Origin: Psammoneis japonica
Taxonomy: Eukaryota
Assembly: GCA_008632985.1 (NCBI GenBank)
Contig: QPGO01000009.1
Coordinates: 62,001-126,000, forward strand
DNA: 64,000 nt
Reading direction: 5' to 3'
A program made the position numbers and the translations under genes. The notes below the pieces were generated by a model, which had not been told where the DNA came from, made no database searches, and saw nothing but the letters and a program-made list of their open reading frames with translations. Shown piece after piece: positions 23,965-37,348 of this stretch. The first letter of the stretch is position 1, and each line of letters opens with the position of its first letter.

Positions 23965-25320
23965 ATCATGAAAAGTCGACCTCTGGTTTTGGCGCGCTTT
24001 TCAACGTGTGCTCGTGATCTGCTCACGTTTGCAATCTCAAAGTCTCACAATTCGCGAACCAACGACAACTGTCACTCGTTTCTTGTGAGTTCTCGCTTCT
24101 TCTCATCTCTACCTCTCTCCACCGTCGCCAAGATGTTTCCATCGCCGTACAACTTCAGCACTCCCAGTAGTCGCCACGGGTCTCAGTACGAGTAATGGTA
24201 TGCCGACCCATTGATGCGCTCGCCCATCCCTCCCCCCTTGCTCAGACTCGTCAAATCTTAAAAGGTATTTTCGAGGACGATCGTACTCGCACACTCCCTG
24301 CATCCGTCAAGGAACATGCTCAGCATGCGCCCGACGAAGGAGCATTCCGTGCGTACGAGGTTGCCACCATCAACGTGAAACAGGATGAGTTCTTCGAGAC
24401 CATAGGCGTGGTAGGAGATGCTTCTATCTTAATAATTGTTCAGATGGACAAGGACATTGAAGCGCCTGACACATTTGTGGTCGGCTACCACGCGCAATTA
24501 GAGGAGTATGGGGAGCATCTCGAGAAGCTCTTAATCCGTTCCAAGAAGTTGAAGACTGCAGTCGCTGACAACGATCAAGCTACCCTCAAGAAGTCACGCA
24601 CCTTTTTGACTTCAGTCTGAGAAGTTCGTGATCATACGCGGCCCTCTGTCCTTACCAAGGTGCAGCTAGACATCACAGCGGCCGTAATGGGGGGGCATGT
24701 TTTTATTCAGCGGGTGAAGGATTTGAGCCTTATCAAAACGGAAGAAGAAGCTTTGGAGATAATTCGTTTCTTACGTGACATCAATTATCACAAAACTGAT
24801 GCCTTAAGACATCGGTGAAGGTCTTTGGCAATCTTGGGGTCATTGACGAGCTGATGTTCTTGCACCCTCCGCAAATCCTTGGCTCCACGAACGACACCCT
24901 TGAAAGCTTGAAACCCTACTTGGCTTTCTTGCTATTTATTTCAACCTTCTCTCACCAAATCAGGTGCGTGGCTTTGTATTCCAGCGCAGCACCAGCAGCC
25001 AAAGGGTCGCTACTTGTATTAAGTAGAAATCCGAGCAAGAAGCTTCTTCCAAGCAGCGGGTCGAACGGGGCGAATTGTCAAAGAGCGTGAGTAACAGGAG
25101 CAGTGAGCGAAAGATTGCAAGGAATTTAGAGTAGGAATTTGCAGCATAGCTGCTGTTGCATATATTTCCTTTGCTTCGTCGACCCACCCTGAAACGATTG
25201 CTCTGGCCGTTCTTGTCCGTCAGAAAGTGAAGGATTGCAGTGGCTTCGTCGTGGTCAGTGGTCTCAATCCCTTCACGAACTCGTCGACATTATTCTTCGT
25301 CAATCTCGTCGGAGCAATGA
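23965..25320 (+). pseudogene. Fragmented gene of unknown function; paralog of 30-1500
   Basis: Shared peptides (YHAQLEEYGEHLEKLL, MFLHPPQILG); frameshifted. Confidence 0.55.
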
Positions 25321-25639
25321 CATTGTCCTTGTCTCAAAGTGGTCGCGCCTGCATTACTGTAGCACAAAAAGTAACTCCACTAGAGAGTCAGCTCTAGAGG
25401 ACGTGCTGACCTTGCCACAATAAGAGCTACTCGCTAGGATGGTAACCCGCCATCGTCTAGTTTAGGCCGAAAGAATGGTCGAGAACATACAAACGGTAAT
25501 TTACTGTTCAATGACATACTCTAGAGGGTGCGCAACGGTACATCATCCAGCTTAGGAAACAAAAACCTTTTCTTTCTAACTTTGAACGAAACAATATTTG
25601 TAGAAGCATTCCGTAGAGGTGCTGGTGCTTGCTTTCCCA

Positions 25640-26890
25640 CTAGTCGGCCATAAGAACACGATCAGCAAGAAATGCCCCTACAGGTCCACCAACTAGAGGT
25701 CCCGCAATGTACACTCCCATATCCTTCATGGCAGCACCACCCCACCCGGCAAAAACAGTTACGAGGCGAGGACCAAAATCTCGGGCCGGGTTTATACCGG
25801 CACTTAAGGACGAAAGTATGCATATTTGAATGAGTATCACCATATCAATGTCAAACGGCTAAAGACGATTTCAAAAGCTTGAACTTACCCGGTGAGGGAA
25901 CCAAGGAGCAGAATCATGCAGCCGATAGCAGTGCCAACAAGGACCGGTACAGCGCCGGAAGGAACGTTCTAGAGGAGGATGCAATGTGCAAGCGTGAGTC
26001 CTTCTATCACAGGTATGAAATTGCAACAAAGAAACGGCATTCGTCGCAACTTACGCTCTTTTGATGAGTGATGGCAAAGACCGTGAATACGAGAAATCCC
26101 GTGCCGATGGCTTCGATCAAGAAAGCGTGGCCAGGACCACTGACATCCTTTGAAAGACTGTGTTCATCAACGGAAAACAGGATAGGTGTGTAAACGTCAC
26201 GTAAGGGTGGCAGTCAAAGCAAATACGGGATTGGTCTTCGCACCTGTAGTAGTCGCCAAACGCAGCTGCACTATGGATAGAATCCGCTTCACCCCTGCTT
26301 AACCCGTTTTTCGTTTCGTATCGACGAATTGCAGAGTTGAAAACAAGAAGATTGATACCCGCAGCAAGCATGGCACCAATCAGCTGGGCAATCCAGTAGG
26401 GCATAAGCTTCTTCATCGAAAAGTCGCCAGGCCGGACCAAGGCAAACGAGAGAGTCACGGCAGGATTGATGTGGCCACCTGACGCCTCTGACGTGCTATA
26501 AATGGCGACAGTTGCGGCCAATATCCAAGCGGAAGCAACCTGCCACATGCCATTCTGGGAAAAGTTTTTGACAAAGACAAATTGAGAACACGGCATGATT
26601 GCTAATGTAAACTACACTGCAGAACATGACACTCACAAGACCACCCAAGTAGAGGTTGACGCAAAGGCCGCCACAGCCAACGAAGACTAAACCAGCAGTA
26701 CCAAACATTTCGCTAATGCAAGCGCTCCTTAAGCTGGGAGCTGGCGCTGCCGCCGCTTCACCTTCGGTTTGCGGGATTGATCCTGAAACAGAGAATAAAA
26801 GGAACGCTGTAAGTCATCCCAAATCCGAATACAGAATACCGTGCATCGTGCTGTGCTGCACAATCGATGAAACTTACCGTATTCCGACAT
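25640..26890 (-). CDS. MIP-family aquaporin/aquaglyceroporin (multi-exon)
   Basis: GGHINPAVT and AGINPARDFGPR NPA boxes; ATG at 26890 followed by a GTAAG intron gives MSEYGSIPQTEG...EMFGT; further GT-AG introns. Confidence 0.88.
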
Positions 26891-27152
26891 CCTGTTGGTA
26901 TGGCAGTCCTTGCTTTGACAAACTCTGACACCAGGGTCCGAACAATGCCAAATGACAGGATTCTGATCGTGAAAACAGAAAAGATTCGGACGGTGTCAAG
27001 AAAATGTGACGAAAGATGTGGAGAGACACGAATCTTTCCTACGTACACGAAGAAACGTATTTGACGTGTGGGCCTCGAAATTGGCAACGCAACCCTACTG
27101 TACGGTATCCAAGACCCTCCTACCTGTGCGACTTTCTGTCGCTCACACATTA

Positions 27153-28841
27153 TCATGAAAGTTGGGCTCCGTATGCATAATCGTTTCTGTCGTAGAGAGG
27201 CCTAGCTTCCTCATCCAGTGTCTGAAGAGTTGTAGTTTGTTGGACAACACCGTGTAAGGATTCAACCGGTCTGCCAAACGCAAACTTCTTCCACGGGCAA
27301 ACGCCCACCTAGCCAACTCTTCCTGGCGTTGTTCCAGCCGGTCTGTCTCGTCGTAGATTTGCTCCTGAAGCTTTCGGGGGAACACACTTTCCCTCGTTCA
27401 AGGCATCAGCAGCAACTTGCGGCCGGGCACAAACCAACGCCATGTGACCACCAACGCCCGTGGAAACACCGCCTGTCTGAAACATATTGATAAGATCCAC
27501 CAAATTATCATGCGGAGCGACACAGAACGGCTGATACAATGGTAGTGTTGAAACCAATCGCGAATCCTTTGTTTCCACCACAATGAGTTGCTTGGACATT
27601 AGAATGCCGCGAATTCCGGATATATCCTTTGGTTTGTTTGGAGTGCGGCAGTACACGGGTATCCTGGAATGTCCCGAGCTGTAAATCTTGACAAGATTAC
27701 GTTCGTTCAAGATCATCTCCTCTGGAACGGCAAAGACCCGATGAAGAGGAGTATACACATCCAAGGCCGTCTTGGTCTTCATACTGAGCGCCCCCTCCAC
27801 CATGCTTACTTCGTCGACATGAATAGACGAAAGGCGCTTGTCGGGCAGCTGCACTTGCGCTGAATTTGTTTCTGGTAACACCTGACTTGCTTCGTTACGC
27901 ATGGCCGCCTGTGATCGTAAAAGTTTTCGACGATTCTTGGAAGCAAGACGTTCTTCGTATTGAATGCGGACCAAAGCTGTCAATTCACCACGATTGTACC
28001 GTCCCCCGTCGCCGTCTTCATCGTGTAGTACGACATCCAACAGTTTGGCGATTGGATAGGCGATTGGACACAATAGAATCATGACGAGTTTGACCATTGG
28101 AGCCAAACTGGCTGCCAATTCCAACTGATTGGGCCCCGTAAACAGCGCGGACGGTATGATTTCTCCAAAAAACAAAACCAACGTGACAGAAAGGATCACA
28201 GCCATGTAGCTTCCTACTAGCGAGTCCAAAAAAAGAGGAAGGGCTTCGTTGGCAATCGAATTCAAGAGTAAGAGTGATACGAGCAGTAGGTGATGTTGCT
28301 TGACAATCGGTAGCAGTCTCTGGGCCTGACGCTTTTCCTGGGGACTCGCCGCCGCTCGAATCTTGATGTGAAGCAACAAAGGATCGATACTGAGAAGTCC
28401 CATGGTCAAGCCAGCAGCCAAGGCAGCCGTCACGACACAGACAGCAGCCATTGAGGCATTTCGAATGTAAAACCATTTGTCCTTGTCAGTTGCCTCCTCC
28501 TCTAGTAAGCTCCGCTCCGATGAACACGGAGGAATCTTATCGCCCAACATTTCGTACTTGCCAGCGGATTCGTCGTTTTCGTGACACCAAAATATTACAC
28601 CCATAGATTCCAACAATGCAATAGCATTACGAACATCCTTATTGTCTGCTGAATCAGCATGTTGCACTCCGGTATTGAATCGCTTCGGCGTTGCGTTTTC
28701 TGGCGGCCGATGAACTGAAAAAGCAACCGAGTCCACAGCAGCGATTCTGGCAAAAGAGAAGCGCCAATTGGCGGTAGCAATTATAAGTAGAAGCAGTAGG
28801 CGATTCTTTGCTATTTGCTGCAGCATAAACATGATGGCCAT
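27153..28841 (-). pseudogene. Near-identical duplicate of the CNNM gene, C-terminally truncated
   Basis: Matches 35355-37082 except a 47-bp deletion at ~27371 (removes GIITLEDVLEA, frameshift, stop at 27309) and a 1-bp deletion at ~27293. Confidence 0.85.
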
Positions 28842-29000
28842 TACAGGGAAGTAACGCAACGCTGTTGTCTGATTATTTACAAAAATAGACTCTGGACTCT
28901 ACGGTGTCATACCAAGAGAGACGAAGATCCCCCCCGGCCGCTCAGGGATGCTTCTTGCAAAAGCGATCAACGCCTAAGTAGAGTCGTGAACCACGACTAA

Positions 29001-29082
29001 CCCAAAAAATGCCAGGTTCTACCCCAAAAAATGCCAGGTTCTACCCAAAAAATGCCAGGTTCTACCCCAAAAAATGCTAGGT
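29001..29082. repeat. Short tandem repeat, ~21-bp unit, about 4 copies
   Basis: CCCAAAAAATGCCAGGTTCTA repeated. Confidence 0.85.
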
Positions 29083-29567
29083 TAAACGTTCGCAACACCG
29101 TTCCTCCCATGGTAACATTACCCCCTTGCAGCGACAATAGCGCGCTTTCGCACGCCCACCTTGCCATAACGACCCATACATCACACCCGCCAAATCTTAT
29201 ACAGCCTTACAAACTCACATAAAGTCTCGCTGTAGAATTATACTGTATTTCTACGGAGAATGCCGAGCCTGAATGAAAGCATCAAAATTCAAAATCGCAT
29301 CACAACGACGAAGCGCCGCGGCGATTACAACGACCGCAGCAGCAGCAACAACACAAACACTTCAGGCCCTATCATATCTGTAACCGTACTTCCTCCCAGT
29401 GATTGACGAGTGTCAACAGCAGCAATACACGCTTCGAATAAAGGTACGTGGTTGACGAGAACAATGCATTTCAAAAACACTAACACACAACAGATCCACT
29501 CACGAAGCGTTTGTTTGAAAATCTCTTCGTACAACCTCAGTACGAATCTACATACGGAGCCGAGACA

Positions 29568-32500
29568 ATGACGACTCATTATCCAGAGACGCGGTCACAG
29601 GGCTTCTCTCGTGAATTCCTGACAAACATCGTCAAAGACAAGATTGCATACGAAGGTCGGAAGGACTGGTCTGGCGAGCAGCACTTGGAGCGCTACAATT
29701 TAGAATCTTCGTACGACAGCGAGATGGACATCCCTGTTTTCTGTTGCGAGCTTGGAGGTGTACGGTATGGTCTTAGCAGGACAATGACTCGAAAGAAAGG
29801 CGAACCTTACAATGCACCGTTCGTCGAAGACGAAATTGCCGAAGAAGCTATGGGAAGGGTGCTTGAAGAATTGGAATGGGCGAAAAATGACGATGGCAAT
29901 GTGCCTTTGAATTTTAGCGACATGAAGAGCGAGTTCACTCATCATTGCTCGCACACATTTGCAAACATATTGGCCAAAGATGCTAAAGCGTGGCTCAAGC
30001 GCAATAAACCGCTGTGGAAGAGAACCAAAAGACTGGTCAAATCGGCAAGGATAGCACAGGACGGAAGAGCTAGAACAAAAGTCATTGAACCAAGCACGCC
30101 CTTGAAGCCGCTACGAGGGATCGACTCCATCAATAATGATGACGGAGACCCCATTTTTCTCACGCCTCCACCGCGCCACATTAGGACCGAGGCAGAGGAG
30201 AAGGAGTGGCTGCAGATGCAGCTTACAACAGCCAAGAAAAAGGACAAGGAAAACCAATTGCGGTTGGAAGAAATGTCAAGGTCTCTCGCAAGTCAACAGT
30301 CGTGTAAGTCTGGCATTTTCTCACCTGTATCGAATTTCATCCCTCTTTGCTTACAGCACTCTTTCCTCTTTTTGCAGCGCTTGAAAATCTGACTTTATCA
30401 AACTGCGAAGCTGTTGCCTTGGCCAACTCAGAATCAAAGAATACGACTGAAGCCCTTGCGTTGGCCAACTCGGAATCAAGGAATACGACTGAAGCCATTG
30501 CGTTGGTCGGAGCAGAATCAAAGAAAACCGAAAGGGCCCTTGCTTTGGCCGAAGCTCAAACCAAGAGCTCAAACGAAATGAGCCTCAGAACGCTTGCGGC
30601 GATGGAGAAGATGGCCGCGGGAAATGCAAAGAGAGCGACAGAACCGGATGTGGAGGCGGCGGCTTCCATGCCCACTAACGTGAATGTCCCCCGCATCAAC
30701 AGGAGCACCAACGTGAACCCTCTTTCAGCTCCACCTTTGAGTCAATTTACAGAAGCATCAACGTTCCTCTTGGACGAAATCATCGCCGTCCGGAACGACA
30801 ACCCCGAATTCCGCACTCTACCAACACCAACGCCTCACAATGACATTGAATTGCATCTGGAAAGCATCGCCATCGAAGAGCGTGACAGCTCGACTTTCGT
30901 CTCGGATGAGTTGCTTCGCATTGATCAACGAGTAATCAGTTCAGAGAATCTCCACTATTTGGAAGGAATTACGGCGGTTCAGTTATTTCGTGACCTAAAT
31001 GGGTTAACCGCAGACGGCACCGGCGACACTACGAGGCCGATTGTCCTGGCCATTCCCAACAAGGGTGAAATCTCTTTGCTCTTGCATGTTGGATGTGAGG
31101 TGTTTGATGAATACATGAAGTCACTATTCTTCCCCCTCGTCGGCATGGACGTATCCCAGGTGGTCGAACTAAGGAAACCATCAGGACGAACCATGTGCTT
31201 TGAAATTGCGTCTCGTTCCACGCATGACGCAAAGCAAATGATGGAAATGTTGCTCCGAAAGGGCGAAGGCAGCACCAGAATCGTAGGTCCAGATGGCGAA
31301 GCTTCGAAAGAGACGAGGCTTGTGGTGGATGCCGACCATTTGTCTGAGACGATATACCAAAATATGACGCCTCACAAGTTCTTTCTTACTGCCGATCAAA
31401 TCCCAGGCCTCTTGAAGAAATGCCGCATCCTCATTTTGGACCGTTGCGTCCTCGACGACGGGGGTGATTCCTTGATTACATCGCTTGTACGCTCTGGCGG
31501 CAACAACAGTCTAATCTTGCAAGGCAGCATGCCACTTGACGAAGCGCGTTTCACAGACTTGCTTGTCCGGATCAGTGAACCCACCCCCAGCCTTCTATTA
31601 GACTAAAATCTGGAGCTTGGTCTTTGGCTCTTTCAGAGGGTAGGGACGAAAAGCTAGCGAAACTGATTGCCGAGAAATCCCTTGAGCGGAAGGACTTCAG
31701 CTTCCTTCGCATTATGCCGACTGATTACGGTGAAGAGGAGGCTCTAAAGATGAAGCGGTTCTTGTCCATCATCGTTAATACGATGGTGACGATGAGTGAG
31801 AACTCAAAGTCCTTTTTCAAGATTGGCGAGTTTCCATTGGGCTTCGACGGAGAGGGAATGAAGAAGGAAGTTCTGGAAGACTGTGGCATGTTCTTGGAGG
31901 AGGAGATCCATTCTCCAACCGGTGACTTCAAGCACGAGTACTTTGGTCCAAACGGAGTAAAGGGTATGGTGCCTTGTCCGGGCTGCTCATATCTTCTGAA
32001 GCCAGGGCAGAAATGTGGATCCTGCAACGATGATGACAACAATGCAGCCAAGCCAGGCGTTGGCATCGATTCTAGTGTCTCGGCCGTAGATGGTGCTGGC
32101 ACTCTCAAGATCGCGGTTAAAGGCTACAACGAAACGCACGTGAATGGCAATGCAAGTGCTGTGAAGTCCAAACCGTCCTTTGCGTTCGGTGTCGCTGAAG
32201 TCGAGGAAGGCACCCAAGGCGATAATCCGGCGCACATCCGTGGAAACATGCCTGCCGTAAAGTCCAAACCACAATTTAGTTTTGGTTTTGCGAAAGATAC
32301 GAAAGGCACCCCAGGCGACGACGAAGTGCATGTCAGTGGAAATGCAAATGCCACGAAGTCCAAGGCACCATTTACTTTTGGTGTAGCGGACGATTCGGAA
32401 AGTACCCCAGGCAACAACGAAACGTATGTCAGCACAAATGTGCATGCCACGAAGTCTGGTCCGCCTTTTTCTTTTGGTAGTGAGGACTTAGAGGGTTCTG

Positions 32501-32649
32501 GTGTCATCAGTATTGAAGCAGGTAACGTTGAGACCCCAGGGAGCGCCAGTGCCGTGAAATCCAAGCCATCTTTCGCTTTGGATGCTACGAACGTCGAGGT
32601 TTCTGGGACCTTCAAGATCCTGAAGCAGGTGACAACAAGACACGTGTAG
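29568..32649 (+). CDS. Large protein of unknown function with 14-aa repeats and C-terminal 32-aa FxFG repeats; one apparent frameshift near 31600 (possible pseudogene)
   Basis: ORFs 29511-30392, 30347-31606 and 31624-32649; GTAAGT...TTTTGCAG intron at ~30304-30378; ALALANSESxNTTE repeats; KSKPxFxFG repeats. Confidence 0.55.
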
Positions 32650-35354
32650 TGAGTGCACATGGAATGGAAGCCGTCGACATATCGAAGAATGTTGACGCAC
32701 CCAACGTCGATGTACCTTCTCCATCCGATTCGCAAGTAAGTGATGTAGGACTTGCTTCAGACGAGGTCATAGTCTGCAAGGTGCCTTGCAAATACTCGGA
32801 TCAAGGCATTGACGTTTGCCTCCTTAGGAACGGTCAGCTGCGTTACAAACGTCACGGCCGGGCTCTGTTTGTTGCCAAACCCTGTGGCGCACGTCGCAAG
32901 AAAGGCAAACCGACCGATACCATGTGGTGTGCTTCTTGTTTGAAGAGGGCAGCAAGTAGTCCCTGCAGTCCGTGCCACCAACACGATATCGTGCCCTGAT
33001 GCATGTTGCCACTTCACGATCCACACACGGGCACAGCATAGCATAGGCATAGGAAAAATTTTATAGTAAGAAGATTCGTTTCAGAGTGAGAGTAGTGAGA
33101 AATGTTTGCTTCTGTTGAGTGATAAGTACCCCGCGTATGATAGCGACATACTGTACCTTCGTCTTACTCCGCACTTTCACCGACAATATATGCAAGTGCC
33201 GCCATTAATGCGCTGCTAGTGTATAGGGTCACTGGAAGGGCTTTGGAGACCCTGGAAAACAGGGACTGTACTTTTATAATCGTGTCCTACATACAGGCGA
33301 CCTTGGCAAGCTGGTACCGGGCGTGAATCACCAAAAAGTATGCGTTACACCGCCGAAGCTGGTTCATCCCAACCAACGCCATCACTACCCGCAAGTCTAC
33401 AAATAGCTGGCATCTTGACGGGACGACAATCCAAACGAACTATGGAAAAGTTGATCAAGACATTTGCAAAAGAAGAAGTCGAATGGAAGGATTGATGTAC
33501 GAAATTCAGAGACAACGAAACTCATAGCATCTGCGAGGAAGAAAATACGAGCTTCTATAGTAAGTACTTGTAGGAACCAAGGAATATGACGAGCGTCATC
33601 GGAGTTCTCACGAAGATCTTAAAGTACGGCATATTCGATATCTTCAAATCCACCTTTGATTGTCGTTCTCCTTGCTGCTCTGTAGTGGCCGCTTAGTCGA
33701 TAAGCAAGAAAGACGACCTTCATTCTTCTTGTACACGTAAAACGTAAATCACAGAATCTTTGTTGTGTCTGTGGATTACTCTTGTACGAAGACGCAGTAG
33801 CTGCGATAACGCAAAAAAGAAAAGATGTTTCCGAAATAATCGGCCCAGAGCACACTCTCCTTTCTGATTGCGCTACTGTAGACACGAGCTTCAACACTTT
33901 CGGCCTGGCTTCAGGCGGGACACGTTTGGACGAAGCCAAGCTTGGACGAAGCCACCCTTTTTGCAGGCGTAGCCCTCTTCATGTCTGTCTGGGAGGCCGT
34001 CTCCGTCGATGGGCAACAGCATCAATCGAGAGACGTGGACCAGCAGGAGTGCATTCGAGAATGGAGGCAACGGACTGATATCGCTGGTTCGGCACAACGA
34101 TGTACAAGCGCTTGGCGACTGAAGAACGGAACTTGTCGTCCAAGAGATTGAATTTGAAGAGTCTCAGTTGTGAGAGGCCAGGTTAACAAAGCGAGAACTC
34201 CATAAAAAGCATGGCAAAAGAGGAAGGCTGCTACCTCTGCTGAATTCCAGTCCAATCCGCTGGCTCGTTCATTCGACCACGGCTCAGCTGGAGAGAAACA
34301 ACCGTCTTTCATTGACCCAACAACGATCTGCAAAAGTCTCGACGCAGCCCGACAGCCTGCCACAGAACCACAGAATCCAGCCAATAACATACGCACCCGA
34401 GAGACACTCGTGTCGACAAGCTTGATGGAAGAGTGACGTCTTACCGTAAGAGCGACATGGAAGCATCCCTGTCGGCCAATTCTGCAAAGGCAGGCAGTGT
34501 GGAGCAGCTCAAAAACTTGGTTTGCACATATTGCTTACCCACCTGCAGGTATCGTCGGCAGTGCGTCACAAGCCTTAAACTCTTCCTCAGACGGAACATT
34601 GCGGTACTGTACAAAGACCACGTCTGGATCCAAAATGCCAAAGAAACCACACATCTTAAGTACGGCAAGCTGGAATTCCTTGACTGTACAAAGGTACTGA
34701 TGGCGGAGCTGCTCGTTTGTCTAGGGCAAGAGCGACCTCGTATTGTCAAGAAAGTAGACCCGATCTTTACTTTCAAAGTTTCCAACATCTCGGTTGGAGA
34801 GTCTAACGGATCGTTGCACACGTAACGCATTACTTTTCCGTCTAACCAAGGTTTTGCGGCTCGTTTGTTTTGACCAGTTCTGCAAACAATCGGTCCATGC
34901 AAGTGCCTTCCTCGTTGGGAGGACGAAGGGAATGGTGGCTTCGATACAAACGGTAATATTCGTCAGTTTCTTCATGGGTAACGTATCTTTCAAGAGACGA
35001 ACGGCAATCACGGCTGATTCGGTCCCTTCATAAGAGTGAGAACTTGTCCCGGTTCGTACCCAAATACCCCGTGAACCATGGCCAAGAGGGGATCGCTGTC
35101 AAATTCCAACAATTTGACCGCATGACTCCCCTCTTGTTCAACACAAAACGCTCCTTTTACCAACTCCTCCTGAAGCGGCGATAGACCGCCGTCCACGTGA
35201 TAGTAAACAATATCAAACACGTGCTGAATGTTTTCGTGAATAAAACTAGCCCACATTTCTAAAAAAACACGAAGAAACGTTCATGACGCGTGGGCCTCGA
35301 AATTGGCAACGCAACCCTATCCCTCCTGTGCGACTTTCTGTCGCTCACACATTA

Positions 35355-37082
35355 TCATGAAAGTTGGGCTCCGTATGCATAATCGTTTCTGTCGTAGAGA
35401 GGCCTAGCTTCCTCATCCAGTGTCTGAAGAGTTGTAGTTTGTTGGACAACACCGTGTAAGGATTCAACCGGTCTGCCAAACGCAAACTTCTTCCACTGGG
35501 CAAACGCCCACCTAGCCAACTCTTCCTGGCGTTGTTCCAGCCGGTCTGTCTCGTCATAGATTTGCTCCTGAAGCAACGCTTCCAATACGTCTTCTAGTGT
35601 AATAATACCCAACACCCCTGCTTTCGGGGGAACACACTTTCCCTCGTTCAAGGCATCAGCAGCAACTTGCGGCCGGGCACAAACCAACGCCATGTGACCA
35701 CCAACGCCCGTGGAAACACCGCCTGTCTGAAACATATTGATAAGATCCACCAAATTATCATGCGGAGCGACACAGAACGGCTGATACAATGGTAGTGTTG
35801 AAACCAATCGCGAATCCTTTGTTTCCACCACAATGAGTTGCTTGGACATTAGAATGCCGCGAATTCCGGATATATCCTTTGGTTTGTTTGGAGTGCGGCA
35901 GTACACGGGTATCCTGGAATGTCCCGAGCTGTAAATCTTGACAAGATTACGTTCGTTCAAGATCATCTCCTCTGGAACGGCAAAGACCCGATGAAGAGGA
36001 GTATACACATCCAAGGCCGTCTTGGTCTTCATACTGAGCGCCCCCTCCACCATGCTTACTTCGTCGACATGAATAGACGAAAGGCGCTTGTCGGGCAGCT
36101 GCACTTGCGCTGAATTTGTTTCTGGTAACACCTGACTTGCTTCGTTACGCATGGCCGCCTGTGATCGTAAAAGTTTTCGACGATTCTTGGAAGCAAGACG
36201 TTCTTCGTATTGAATGCGGACCAAAGCTGTCAATTCACCACGATTGTACCGTCCCCCATCGCCGTCTTCATCGTGTAGTACGACATCCAACAGTTTGGCG
36301 ATTGGATAGGCGATTGGACACAATAGAATCATGACGAGTTTGACCATTGGAGCCAAACTGGCTGCCAATTCCAACTGATTGGGCCCCGTAAACAGCGCGG
36401 ACGGTATGATTTCTCCAAAAAACAAAACCAACGTGACAGAAAGGATCACAGCCATGTAGCTTCCTACTAGCGAGTCCAAAAAAAGAGGAAGGGCTTCGTT
36501 GGCAATCGAATTCAAGAGTAAGAGTGATACGAGCAGTAGGTGATGTTGCTTGACAATCGGTAGCAGTCTCTGGGCCTGACGCTTTTCCTGGGGACTCGCC
36601 GCCGCTCGAATCTTGATGTGAAGCAACAAAGGATCGATACTGAGAAGTCCCATGGTCAAGCCAGCAGCCAAGGCAGCCGTCACGACACAGACAGCAGCCA
36701 TTGAGGCATTTCGAATGTAAAACCATTTGTCCTTGTCAGTTGCCTCCTCCTCTAGTAAGCTCCGCTCCGATGAACACGGAGGAATCTTATCGCCCAACAT
36801 TTCGTACTTGCCAGCGGATTCTTCGTTTTCGTGACACCAAAATATTACACCCATAGATTCCAACAATGCAATAGCATTACGAACATCCTTATTGTCTGCT
36901 GAATCAGCATGTTGCACGTGCACTCCGGTATTGAATCGCCTCGGCGTTGCGTGAACTGAAAAAGCAACCGAGTCCACAGCAGCGATTCTGGCAAAAGAGA
37001 AGCGCCAATTGGCGGTAGCAATTATAAGTAGAAGTAGTAAGCGATTCTTTGCTATTTGCTGCAGCATAAACATGATGGCCAT
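35355..37082 (-). CDS. CNNM/CorC-family (DUF21 + CBS pair) metal/Mg2+ transporter
   Basis: AGLTMGLLSID, HHLLLVSLLLLN, LFFGEIIP, SGHSRIPVY and GIITLEDVLEALLQEQIYDETD motifs. Confidence 0.92.
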   Translation of the reverse strand: MAIMFMLQQIAKNRLLLLLIIATANWRFSFARIAAVDSVAFSVHATPRRFNTGVHVQHADSADNKDVRNAIALLESMGVIFWCHENEESAGKYEMLGDKIPPCSSERSLLEEEATDKDKWFYIRNASMAAVCVVTAALAAGLTMGLLSIDPLLLHIKIRAAASPQEKRQAQRLLPIVKQHHLLLVSLLLLNSIANEALPLFLDSLVGSYMAVILSVTLVLFFGEIIPSALFTGPNQLELAASLAPMVKLVMILLCPIAYPIAKLLDVVLHDEDGDGGRYNRGELTALVRIQYEERLASKNRRKLLRSQAAMRNEASQVLPETNSAQVQLPDKRLSSIHVDEVSMVEGALSMKTKTALDVYTPLHRVFAVPEEMILNERNLVKIYSSGHSRIPVYCRTPNKPKDISGIRGILMSKQLIVVETKDSRLVSTLPLYQPFCVAPHDNLVDLINMFQTGGVSTGVGGHMALVCARPQVAADALNEGKCVPPKAGVLGIITLEDVLEALLQEQIYDETDRLEQRQEELARWAFAQWKKFAFGRPVESLHGVVQQTTTLQTLDEEARPLYDRNDYAYGAQLS

Positions 37083-37348
37083 TACAGGAAAGTAACTCAA
37101 CGGGAGGCTTGGAGTTTGTTTGGGGACGAAAGACGAAAGATCGCGGCTTCAGAAACTCAAAACTCAAAACAGCTCATCCAACAGAATGAGTAGTCGAACG
37201 AGTCCAAATTGCTGTTACCGATTACTTGGTGTCTGTGCGGCGTAAGTGTGTAAGTAGAAATCTACAGGGGTTGTACTGCCATACAGCCACCGCACATTCG
37301 TTTCGGCAACGACGACACAACGAAAGAGAGGCAAGCGGAAAAACGACA

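Noticed and set aside
33480..35260. Possible decayed gene (also 11250-12750 and 17760-19500)
   Set aside because: Short broken ORFs with no motif I can recognise; not supportable as features.
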